Positions 8,050 through 16,370 of a DNA stretch of 36,605 nt are shown piece by piece. The DNA lies in the IMG/VR virus record IMGVR_UViG_3300029219_000015; one strand, given 5' to 3'. The notes beneath the pieces are model-generated. The model ran no database searches and was not told the DNA's origin. It saw only the letters and a program-made list of their open reading frames with translations. The position numbers and the translations under genes were made by a program. The number at the start of each line of letters is the position of its first letter. Within the stretch, counting starts at the first letter, position 1. The stretch comes from a virus (lineage: Duplodnaviria > Heunggongvirae > Uroviricota > Caudoviricetes).

Positions 8050-11000
8050 ATGAAGGCACTGATGGTTCGAACTGACTTCTCACTTGGGGAGTCGGCTCTA
8101 AAAGCAGAAAACGCGGTGAAGATTGCCAGAGAAGCTGGCTACACCGCTGTAATTTCAGCAGATAGCATGAATATTGCGAGCGTTATTCCACTACAACGTG
8201 CCGCTGGTGACGACATGGCGGTTATTTGTGGTGTGAAACTAAACATTGTTGATGATCCCACATACGAGCACCGGGCTAAACTTGCTAAAGAATCTATGAG
8301 ATGTATGGAATCATTAGAGCGGGGACGTAACTACTCGTTTACCGCTCTAATTAAAAATGAGCAAGGATATCGCGACATCTGCGAACTAATGACGGCGGCC
8401 AACACACGAGAACAGTTCTACTTTGTACCGCGTCTCTCGCTCGAACAGTTGGTTTCTACATATGCCAAAGGCAACATCATCCTGCTTACTTCCGACATCG
8501 GTAGCGTGTTCCAACGCAACGATTTTGCAAAAATCATAAGCACACTGATTACAGCGGGTGGAAAAGACAACTTCTATAGTGTGGTTTATCCGCACCCTAC
8601 CCCATTCTACGACCAGATTAACGTCCGGGCGATGAAAGTCGCCAGCGCATTGAAAATAGAGCCAGTGGCGTTCTATCCCGCTTATTACGAATCGATCGAC
8701 GATGCAGACATTAAAGACATTGCGCACATGGTTACGAACAACATCAAAATCGACCAGCCGCATCGTCTGCGTATCCCCCACCAGCGAGATAACGCCGTCA
8801 ATGGTCGCCGCCATCTCCTTGAGGCGCTTAAAGCCTTCTCCGTTCGCATGGATGTGCCGGTAACAGCTGCAATGGCCTCAACAACGCAGGATACCATTAT
8901 CGATGCCTGCACATGGCGCTGGCATGAATTGCCACCAGCACTGCCCAAGATGGCAGACGACGAACCTGCAACGCTGATGAAACTGGCTGTTGCAGGGCTG
9001 CGTAAACGTCTTACCACAAAAGAGTTTGGATACACACCACCTGCTTCTGAGAACAGGGTTTATGTTGAGCGGCTAAAGTACGAAATGGACACGCTGACTC
9101 GCCTGGGATTCTGTGGTTACTTCCTGATGGTACGCGATCTGATGAATCACAGCCGTGAAACTGGCATTCCTGTCGGGCCTGGTCGTGGTTCCTCTGCCGG
9201 TTCTCTGGTGGCGTGGTGCATAGGCATAACCAACGTCGACCCAATCCGTCACGGTCTTCTGTTTGAGCGTTTCATCAACCCTGAGCGTCTCGACTTGCCG
9301 GATGCGGACTTGGACTTCAGCCAGGCACGTCGCCATGAGGTGATCGAGTATCTGAATGAACGCTACGGCGAAGATTACGTTGCAGGCATTCCGAACTTCA
9401 CCTATCTGGGCGCGGCATCTGCGCTGCGTGACACTGCACGTATTTACGGTGTCGATGCTGCGGATATGGCGGTATCCAAAGAGTTCAAGAATATGGAGGA
9501 CGACAGCCTGTCTCTGGAAGAGCTGCGCGAGCAACTGGCCAGCCTGGACAAATACGCCACGAAAAACCCGGAAGCGTTCAAAGCGGCGTGTAAGCTGCAA
9601 AGCCTGATGCGTGGTTTTGGTCGTCACGCTGCGGGGATGATCGTCGCTGGCGTTCCATTAGTAGAGCGCACGCCCGTCGAGCTGCGTGGCAATGCTCGAT
9701 GTATTGCGTTCGATAAACGTTACTGCGAGGCGATGGGGCTGATTAAGTTGGACGTTCTCGGTCTGGCAACACTCGATCTTCTGGATAGCGCGAAACGCTA
9801 CATCAAAGAGAGTACCGGTGAAGACATCAATCTCGACGCTATCCCACTGGACGATCGCAAGGTTCTGGATGGGTTCGCTGCAGGGTACACGCAGGGCGTA
9901 TTCCAGCTGGAGTCCGGCCCCATGCGTAAGCTGCTTAAAGATCTGGGCGGTGGCATCGAGCCAATGAGTTTCAAAACCGTTGTCGCAACTACCGCCCTCT
10001 TCCGACCGGGACCGATTCAATCCGGCATGTTGGATGACTATGTTTCCGTTGCGAAAGGATTTATGACGCCTACATCACTACATCCTGTCTTGGATGAACT
10101 GACCTCTGAAACAAATGGAGTGATTCTCTATCAGGAACAAACGATGAACGCAACAAGGCTTCTTGCTGGTTTCACAATGGCCGAGGCGGATGGTGTGCGT
10201 TCAGCAATCGGTAAGAAGAACATGGAAAAGATGAGGAGCATGGGTGAGAAATTTGTCATTCAGGCTCAAGCTGGGTGGATCGACGTAGAGCTTGAAAATG
10301 GCGCAATACAACGGATTCATCGCGCAGAACATTTTAAATGCGAGGACGGTACTCTGAGGACAGTTGAAGAGGCGTTGGAGCATGGAGTGAAGCTGCCAAT
10401 GCCAGTTGTGCGCGTTACAACGTCACATCCAGGTCTGTCTGAGACGAAGGCAAAAGAGATATGGACTGCATTTGAGAAAAACGGAGCCTATCAGTTCAAT
10501 AAATCACACTCCGTTGCTTATTCTTTAATCAGTTATCAGTCTATGTGGCTAAAGACGCACTACCCTGCTGAGTTCTTCGCAGCTGCGCTCACCATTCTGG
10601 GCGAGGATAAGCATCAGGGGCTGGTGAAGGATGCGCTGACCTATGGCATTCGCGTATTGCCACCAGACGTTAATGTGTCATCTAACCGAATTGAGATCCG
10701 CACACTCGAAGACGGCAGTCAGGCACTGTATGCGCCATTCTCTGCTGTGAAAGGCTGTTCTGAAAATGGTTGTCAGGCAATTATGCGTGCGCGTGAGAAA
10801 GTTGGTGGCAAATTCGAGTCAGTGGCACAATTCGATGAAGCGGTCGAGAAGCGTGCATGTAACAGTCGTGTACGCGAGTCGCTTCATAAAGTAGGGGCTT
10901 TTGCGTCAATTGAGCCAGGCAGTCTGCCAGCAACTGATCCTGAACGACTGCGCGACCAGGCTGAGCTGATGGGCAATCTCATCATTGACGCTGTTAAAGC

Positions 11001-11568
11001 ATCACGTCCGTTCGAAATGAATCCTAAGCGTTCTGCCGAAATCAACGTACTCATGACACGTATGGCGGCTGAAATGGGCTTGGGTGAGGAGTTGATACGC
11101 CCGACTATTGGTATTAAACCCAAAATCATGATCATTCTGGACAATGCGAACGGCAATGACGCTCGTACCGGCTACTTCATGGAGAACGGATACGACGACT
11201 TTAAGGCAAAACTACTGACAGTTGGAGATCTGCGCATGGGCGATCTTTATGTCACGGGTGTTTGTAAGAAGGTTAAGGACAAAGAGAAAGACTATACCAA
11301 AGACGAGATAGGCCAGTTCACAGACTTTATGCGGGAAGAAATTAATCTTGTACGACCAACCTACATTTTGACGTGTGGTAGTCGTTCAACCGCACTATTT
11401 AACAATAAGAGTAAACCATCAGATCTGATTGGTTGTAAGGAGTACTTCCCAGAGCTTGATGCAACCGTCTTCTACGGATTTAACCCGAATATCCTGTACT
11501 TCCGACCGGAAGAAGGAGAGCGACTGGAGGCCATTCTGGCTGATATCGCGGAGACAATAAATAAGTAA
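8050..11568 (+). CDS. dnaE: DNA polymerase III alpha-subunit homolog (DnaE-type replicative polymerase)
   Basis: 1172 aa; catalytic-core motifs GIPVGPGRGSSAGSLVAWCIGIT...LLFERFINPER...LPDADLDF and FNKSHSVAYSLISYQSMWLKTHYPAEFFAA match DnaE from memory; N-terminal PHP-like region lacks the usual His pair. Confidence 0.85.
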   Translation: MKALMVRTDFSLGESALKAENAVKIAREAGYTAVISADSMNIASVIPLQRAAGDDMAVICGVKLNIVDDPTYEHRAKLAKESMRCMESLERGRNYSFTALIKNEQGYRDICELMTAANTREQFYFVPRLSLEQLVSTYAKGNIILLTSDIGSVFQRNDFAKIISTLITAGGKDNFYSVVYPHPTPFYDQINVRAMKVASALKIEPVAFYPAYYESIDDADIKDIAHMVTNNIKIDQPHRLRIPHQRDNAVNGRRHLLEALKAFSVRMDVPVTAAMASTTQDTIIDACTWRWHELPPALPKMADDEPATLMKLAVAGLRKRLTTKEFGYTPPASENRVYVERLKYEMDTLTRLGFCGYFLMVRDLMNHSRETGIPVGPGRGSSAGSLVAWCIGITNVDPIRHGLLFERFINPERLDLPDADLDFSQARRHEVIEYLNERYGEDYVAGIPNFTYLGAASALRDTARIYGVDAADMAVSKEFKNMEDDSLSLEELREQLASLDKYATKNPEAFKAACKLQSLMRGFGRHAAGMIVAGVPLVERTPVELRGNARCIAFDKRYCEAMGLIKLDVLGLATLDLLDSAKRYIKESTGEDINLDAIPLDDRKVLDGFAAGYTQGVFQLESGPMRKLLKDLGGGIEPMSFKTVVATTALFRPGPIQSGMLDDYVSVAKGFMTPTSLHPVLDELTSETNGVILYQEQTMNATRLLAGFTMAEADGVRSAIGKKNMEKMRSMGEKFVIQAQAGWIDVELENGAIQRIHRAEHFKCEDGTLRTVEEALEHGVKLPMPVVRVTTSHPGLSETKAKEIWTAFEKNGAYQFNKSHSVAYSLISYQSMWLKTHYPAEFFAAALTILGEDKHQGLVKDALTYGIRVLPPDVNVSSNRIEIRTLEDGSQALYAPFSAVKGCSENGCQAIMRAREKVGGKFESVAQFDEAVEKRACNSRVRESLHKVGAFASIEPGSLPATDPERLRDQAELMGNLIIDAVKASRPFEMNPKRSAEINVLMTRMAAEMGLGEELIRPTIGIKPKIMIILDNANGNDARTGYFMENGYDDFKAKLLTVGDLRMGDLYVTGVCKKVKDKEKDYTKDEIGQFTDFMREEINLVRPTYILTCGSRSTALFNNKSKPSDLIGCKEYFPELDATVFYGFNPNILYFRPEEGERLEAILADIAETINK

Positions 11569-11575
11569 TAAAGAA

Positions 11576-11597
11576 AACCCGCCTGTTGGCGGGTTTA
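11576..11597 (+). terminator. Rho-independent terminator after dnaE
   Basis: AACCCGCC-TGTT-GGCGGGTT then TTTAT; an A-run precedes it. Confidence 0.6.
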
Positions 11598-11871
11598 TAA
11601 AGAATTATGGCGCTTGTTGAGGAAGTCACTCCTCTTACGCACTTTGTTTTGCCATGCCGGCAGTTAGCTTCTGCCTTTGACTATTCATGCGGCAACCCCG
11701 CATTTCGCCACAATGGGCAATTCACTTTTATGGAATAAACTGGCCGTTGTGTCGATTTAATTAGCATGGCCTTACCATGCTAATTTATTCAACTTGTACA
11801 ATCCTACAAATCTATCCACTCAGGCTTACACCGTCTTCGTTATTGTAGAAATGAGGATCATCAGCGTTGAA

Positions 11872-12087
11872 TCAGCTTAGAGCAACGACATTTGCTGCTG
11901 CTGGGCCTTTAGCCCCATTCTCGATAGAGAATTCGACCTGCTGGCCTTCTTCCAAAGTGCGGAAATTATTACTCTGAATTGCCGAAAAATGTACAAAAAC
12001 ATCTTTACTGCCATCAGCAGGAGAAATAAAGCCAAAGCCTTTATCAGAGTTAAACCATTTTACTAAACCAGTCATTTTATTAGACAT
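11872..12087 (-). CDS. Cold-shock protein, CspA family
   Basis: 71 aa [38 protein letters not shown]... closely matches CspA (RNP1 KGFGFI and RNP2 VFVHF motifs); AAGAAGG 8 nt before the internal ATG at 12087. The ORF-track start at 12183 is rejected. Confidence 0.85.
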   Translation of the reverse strand: MSNKMTGLVKWFNSDKGFGFISPADGSKDVFVHFSAIQSNNFRTLEEGQQVEFSIENGAKGPAAANVVALS

Positions 12088-12416
12088 AGATATTACCTTC
12101 TTAATTTTGTGAGCCACATAGTGCGGCGAGAATTTGATCTGTATAGATTGGGACTTACTTAGGCACTTAAGGAGGAGACTCACGAAGAAGGGAAATCAGA
12201 AGATAACACTGAACTGAGACTGCTTTACTAAAACTGCTTACATAAGGTCTGTCTTGCAAACCAACGATGCTATTAACGCATACCCCTTCTTTTCATGCAA
12301 CCTTTATTTTTCAAAGATAACTAATTTTTGTCACCATTGGTTTAGTAAACGTTAACGAACCAGACGATGCCAGACACCTTTACAGAGAACAGATGCCCGC
12401 CAATTGGCGGGCATCA

Positions 12417-12980
12417 TTATGCGCATTTCGCAATATCTTTGCGGCGTTTAATCAGTTTCTCCGCAATTTGCTCTATTTCGTTGAAATCTTTCGAGACGCT
12501 GTTTCGAAGCGCCAGATTCCATTTACTCAAAGTTCGGGCATTTTGGACAATTTGATCGCCCTCTTTAAGTCGTCCGTTATTCATGAGCCATTCAGCCACA
12601 TCAGCCCAATCCCAGAGAGGAGACTGGCCTTTTATGCGTTGTACAGGGCAAGGGAAGTCGCCGCTTCCGCGCTTACCGTCTTTGAGCAACGCCACTGCCT
12701 GGCGAGACAGGTCTGTCAGTTCCGCGATATCGCTTAAGCCCACAAGAGCCGAGTCGACGGATTCAACAATTGCACCGATACCGGCTGATTCAATATTGTC
12801 GACCGCAGATGCGATAGCTGCATCAAGTGATTGTGCTTCGCGGTCAAATTCTACATAGACGGAGTTTCCATATGCGCAAATTAGCGCATCGTCACAGCCG
12901 TTTTGGTACAGCGCGTCTTCCAGTCCTTCCGTCTCATACGATACGCCTGAGAGCGTCAGAGTGAAGTTATAAAGCGCCAT
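12417..12980 (-). CDS. HicB-like antitoxin candidate with HTH-like segment
   Basis: 187 aa from the ATG at 12980 (AAGGA RBS); central LSDIAELTDLSRQAVALL HTH-like stretch; follows a HicA-like gene in the same orientation; perfect hairpin GCCCGCC-AATT-GGCGGGC just 3' of the stop. Confidence 0.5.
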   Translation of the reverse strand: MALYNFTLTLSGVSYETEGLEDALYQNGCDDALICAYGNSVYVEFDREAQSLDAAIASAVDNIESAGIGAIVESVDSALVGLSDIAELTDLSRQAVALLKDGKRGSGDFPCPVQRIKGQSPLWDWADVAEWLMNNGRLKEGDQIVQNARTLSKWNLALRNSVSKDFNEIEQIAEKLIKRRKDIAKCA

Positions 12981-13040
12981 AGTTTTCCTTTGAAGATAGT
13001 TGGACAGTTTCTGCAAAAGGCGGCTAATGCCGCCTTGAAA

Positions 13041-13265
13041 TCATTTACAACGATCAACCATTCGTTTGATCTGTTTGGCATGGTTTTCGGGATTACCCGG
13101 AGTCGACCATACGCTCATTTGGTGAGTTTTGTGTTCACCTTCTGGATTACCGCATCGCAGTCTGCAAAAACAATGTGCAGCACCACCAGCTGCTACCCAG
13201 ATCCAGCCTTTACTTAATGCATAGTCAATGGCTGCTTGAATATGCTTATTCGGATGTTGCTTCAT
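13041..13265 (-). CDS. HicA-like toxin candidate (small mRNA-interferase-like protein)
   Basis: 74 aa; MKQ...SKGWIWVAAGGAAHCFCRLRC...STPGNPENHAKQIKRMV resembles the HicA pattern (G-x-x-V-x-x-G-x-x-H...LR then a basic C-terminus) from memory; GGAGG RBS; canonical promoter upstream. Confidence 0.5.
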   Translation of the reverse strand: MKQHPNKHIQAAIDYALSKGWIWVAAGGAAHCFCRLRCGNPEGEHKTHQMSVWSTPGNPENHAKQIKRMVDRCK

Positions 13266-13282
13266 TCGCCTCCGATAATAGT

Positions 13283-13311
13283 ATTCTATTCACAGTGTTG
13301 ACATCTGTCAA
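13283..13311 (-). promoter_or_regulatory. Sigma70-like promoter for the HicA-like operon, with a palindromic operator over the -35
   Basis: Minus strand: TTGACA, 17-nt spacer, TAGAAT, then GGAGG and ATG; the -35 lies inside the perfect palindrome GTTGACA-TC-TGTCAAC (13297-13312). Confidence 0.5.
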
Positions 13312-13519
13312 CGGCGACTGAATTTCATCCGTTCATGCCACACCCCCATCCATCTCATGTATGTGACCTAAAGATGGTCAGCACAGCTTACCAAAATAAG
13401 ACAACTAATTATCTTCGGTGATCTCAATATTTTCCCCTGAACAAAGTTGACATGACGCCATAAACCCATTCTCTGTTTGATATAATTGATACAGATTTTA
13501 TAAGTAGGAACCTATTAGA

Positions 13520-13951
13520 GTGAACACTGATATTTTTTCTAAAATCATGGCCGATCTGGAGTTCGACCGCGACAACCTTGAGGAAGTATGGCGTAAACAG
13601 CCACGGCTTTTAATGGAGTATGGGTCAAAACTAGCGCAGGCAGATCGAGATGTCGCAGAGGCAAAACTTAACCTTGAAGCTGTTGAAGCAAAGCTATACG
13701 ACACAGAGCGTAAGAACTTGAGTATGAACGGCATTAAGTTCAACGAGTCTGTACTGGACGCTAAGGTTAAAACAAACCCACAGTATCTGTCTAAACGGCA
13801 GAAGTTGGATGAAGCACGGCACATCGCAGACATATACAAACATGCTGTCGCCGCCTTTTCGCATCGCCGAGACATGATCGTTCAGGCGTCAAAGATGGCC
13901 ATCGTTGAATTAGAGCGATTAGGCTCTGAACGCTTTATTACTCCCCGTTGA
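13520..13951 (+). CDS. Hypothetical protein, likely alpha-helical
   Basis: 143-aa ORF with GTG start after AGGAA; a TG-extended -10 (TGATATAAT, 13478-13486) lies upstream; function unknown. Confidence 0.55.
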   Translation: MNTDIFSKIMADLEFDRDNLEEVWRKQPRLLMEYGSKLAQADRDVAEAKLNLEAVEAKLYDTERKNLSMNGIKFNESVLDAKVKTNPQYLSKRQKLDEARHIADIYKHAVAAFSHRRDMIVQASKMAIVELERLGSERFITPR

Positions 13952-14068
13952 TTTTTGATAGATAATAAGTAAGTACTGATCTATCATTTAACAGCTCGAA
14001 AGAGCCACGAATGAACGAAAGCCCAACGCGCATAGCGCCATCGGCCAAATCACAACAAGGAGAAACAC

Positions 14069-15097
14069 ATGTCTAAGACATTACTTGATTTGCTTAACAA
14101 AACTCGTGAAGACATTGCCGCCAAACGTGGCAACAACGTTGATCTGACTCGCTTAAAAGACGGCGTCAACTATATCCGCATCTTCCCGAATAAAGACGAC
14201 CCAAACGGTAAGTTCTTCCAGACTTTCGGTATGCACTACGTTAAGTATCAGAACGAGGAAGGTAAAGAAGCAACCAACGCTTATATTTGTGAGCAACATA
14301 CTCACGGTCGCGCTTGTCAGCTATGCGAAATGGTTATGGAAGGTCGCGCTCGTCACAAGGGTAACAAAGCAATGGAAGAACGCATCGGTCAAATGCGTGC
14401 CACTCCTCGCTACCTGGTCAACGGCATTCTTTCTGCTCGTGAGGATTTCGCAGATGCTGAGAAATGCCAGTTAATCGAGCTGCCGTCTACTGTATTCGAT
14501 GATATCTGCAAAGCAATCACCGAAGACATCGCTGATGATATCGGCAATCCACTGAGCAAAGAGGAAGGCTACGCATTCCTGATTAAACGTACTGGCTCTG
14601 GTCGCGATACCAAATATGACGTCTCGCCTAAGCGTAAAGTCTACAAAGGCGATATCGAAGATAAATTCTGGAACACCCAGCATGATCTGATCGCATACGC
14701 AAATCAGGCTGATGAAACTCGTCTTCTGTCGACAGTTCGCACTATGGGTCGTCTGATTGGCATCGCTGCACCAACTGCCGCAGCATCTGCACCAGCAATT
14801 TCCTCAACCGCGAAAACATCGGCTGCGGCACTACCTGGATTTGGCTCTGTCACTGGTCATACAGAAGGTGCGACGGCTGTAGCAACCGCGCACACACCGG
14901 CTTCTGAACCAACCAGTCTGGTTGATGAAGAAATCCTCCGTGCCGTTGAAACTGAATTTAAACCAGAAGCAAGCTCCGCTGCCGTTGCCGTATCAGTCAA
15001 AGAGTCTGAAGCAGTCGCAGCGACATCTGTAGCAACCGCATCTGCGACGGAAGATGAAGGTCTGGATGACCTACTGAGAGAGCTGGACTCTCTGTAA
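14069..15097 (+). CDS. Single-stranded DNA-binding protein, T4 gp32-like
   Basis: 342 aa; IRIFPNKDD... N-terminal region, Zn-binding-like C-x2-H...C-x2-C (CEQHTHGRACQLCE), Ala/Ser-rich linker and acidic tail DEGLDDLLRELDSL resemble gp32; AAGGAGAAACAC-ATG. Confidence 0.75.
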   Translation: MSKTLLDLLNKTREDIAAKRGNNVDLTRLKDGVNYIRIFPNKDDPNGKFFQTFGMHYVKYQNEEGKEATNAYICEQHTHGRACQLCEMVMEGRARHKGNKAMEERIGQMRATPRYLVNGILSAREDFADAEKCQLIELPSTVFDDICKAITEDIADDIGNPLSKEEGYAFLIKRTGSGRDTKYDVSPKRKVYKGDIEDKFWNTQHDLIAYANQADETRLLSTVRTMGRLIGIAAPTAAASAPAISSTAKTSAAALPGFGSVTGHTEGATAVATAHTPASEPTSLVDEEILRAVETEFKPEASSAAVAVSVKESEAVAATSVATASATEDEGLDDLLRELDSL

Positions 15098-15115
15098 TCC
15101 CATTACGTGACCAGT

Positions 15116-15142
15116 AAGGCGTCTACGGACGCCTTACTTTTT
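15116..15142 (+). terminator. Rho-independent terminator/attenuator after the SSB gene
   Basis: AAGGCGTC-TACG-GACGCCTT followed by a T-run; same stem family as the 18715 and 19854 terminators. Confidence 0.65.
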
Positions 15143-15157
15143 GGAAGGAATGTACCG

Positions 15158-16102
15158 GTGAATTATCTCTTCGTAGATGGCAATAGCCTGGGTTATTACC
15201 ACCAACAATCTGACAAATTGCACAACGGCGAAATGGAAGTACAGGCTGCTTTCGGCTTTGTTAAGAACGTCCGTCGTTATGCCTCCATCCTCCATGCCCG
15301 ACCTATGATTCTTTGGGATGGATTTAGTGACAAGCGTCGCGACTTTTACCCGGACTACAAAGCAAATCGCGACGACGATCCTGATATGAAAAAGATGAAG
15401 GAAGGCTTTGCTATCCAGAAGCCATACATCCTCAAAATGATGACCGCGCTTGGAGTTACCCAACTCATTGCAAAAGATGCAGAAGCGGATGATCTGGCCG
15501 GGCTGCTGGTATCCCGCATGGCACCGCAGCCAACCGTTGAACACATCTATCTGTTAACAGGCGATAGCGACTGGCTTCAGTTAGTTCGCGAAAACGTAAG
15601 CTGGGTAAGCCTGCGCGAAGACGCCAAAAACAAGCAGGTTAATTTTGAGCAATTTGCGGAGCTGACAGGATTCGCTACTCCTCGCGCATTTTTGGAAGCA
15701 AAAGCATTACAAGGCGATAAATCGGACAACATTAGCGGTGTTGGTGGCATTGGTGCTGGCGGTGCGAAAGAGCTGCTGCATGAATGGGGAAGTGTCGCAA
15801 CGATGGTACGCGGCATCAACGACGGCTCAATCGTGGTTGACAAAGGACGCCATAAGACCGCCTTCAACAAACTAGCGAAGAATGCCTTCAACGAGAAAAC
15901 AGGCTGTCGAATGCTCGAAGCGTTCAAGAGAAACATCACGCTAATGAACCTGATTGAGACGAAGTTTCCGCCTACCGAAATCGAAACAATCAAAGGCAAT
16001 CGTGACGTGAAAGCATTCGAGCAACTGTGCTACGAGCTGAATTTCCGTTCGTTCCTTGAAGACCTTGAAGTGTTTGTTCTTCCATTCGAAAGGTATTGCT
16101 AA
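15158..16102 (+). CDS. 5'-3' exonuclease / flap endonuclease (RNase H-like, FEN family)
   Basis: H3TH-type motif ALQGDKSDNISGVGGIGAGGAKELL and acidic residues in GDSDWLQL; start taken at the GTG at 15158 (GGAAGGA 8 nt upstream); an in-frame GTG at 15107 is the alternative. Confidence 0.75.
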   Translation: MNYLFVDGNSLGYYHQQSDKLHNGEMEVQAAFGFVKNVRRYASILHARPMILWDGFSDKRRDFYPDYKANRDDDPDMKKMKEGFAIQKPYILKMMTALGVTQLIAKDAEADDLAGLLVSRMAPQPTVEHIYLLTGDSDWLQLVRENVSWVSLREDAKNKQVNFEQFAELTGFATPRAFLEAKALQGDKSDNISGVGGIGAGGAKELLHEWGSVATMVRGINDGSIVVDKGRHKTAFNKLAKNAFNEKTGCRMLEAFKRNITLMNLIETKFPPTEIETIKGNRDVKAFEQLCYELNFRSFLEDLEVFVLPFERYC

Positions 16103-16368
16103 TGCTTAAATCGATTATCAATGGCGCTACAACCACCCCTGCCCAACTGGCAAAAGAGATTGTCTTTTATCACGGTGAGTACGCTGTCATCGCACTGCCG
16201 TCAATTCTAGGCGCTGCCGGAATGAAAGCGACAGATCGCGAGTTTGGATTAGTCAGCGAGCAGGTCGTAAAAATCCTCGCTCGTGTATCCAGACTCCTTA
16301 ACCACGATGCGATTGTATTCGATGAATCCGCCGCTTTAAAACGAATCAACGAAACAAAAGGAGCCTGA
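16102..16368 (+). CDS. Hypothetical small protein
   Basis: 88 aa from the ATG at 16102, which overlaps the FEN stop (TAATG); sits between FEN and recA. Confidence 0.5.
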   Translation: MLKSIINGATTTPAQLAKEIVFYHGEYAVIALPSILGAAGMKATDREFGLVSEQVVKILARVSRLLNHDAIVFDESAALKRINETKGA

Positions 16369-16370
16369 TC

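Noticed and set aside
7872-8075. 67-aa Cys-containing ORF between the CobS-like gene and dnaE
   Set aside because: GTG start with no RBS, and it overlaps the dnaE start; the region contains a perfect hairpin (CTTGTCTGG-TGTGT-CCAGACAAG, about 7922-7945) that is more likely regulatory. Left unannotated.
8386-10383. Several antisense ORFs (60-184 aa) within dnaE
   Set aside because: The + strand frame encodes a continuous DnaE homolog with conserved motifs; the antisense ORFs lack RBSs.
10200-10500. Possible intein in DnaE (extra residues before the FNKSHS block)
   Set aside because: The extra segment is short (about 35 aa by my recollection of E. coli DnaE) and lacks intein terminal residues or endonuclease motifs.
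11761-11783. Hairpin TTAGCATGG-cctta-CCATGCTAA as terminator for the cold-shock gene
   Set aside because: It is a perfect 9-bp stem but lacks a convincing T-run in the minus-strand orientation; left unannotated.
11872-12183. 103-aa extended form of the cold-shock gene
   Set aside because: The CspA homology and the AAGAAGG RBS both begin at the internal ATG (12087); the upstream extension has no homology.
12990-13016. Longer start (13016) for the HicB-like gene and ORF-track start 23242 for the rep-like gene
   Set aside because: Internal ATGs (12980 and 23122) have proper RBSs; the extension of the rep-like ORF would run through its own promoter iterons.
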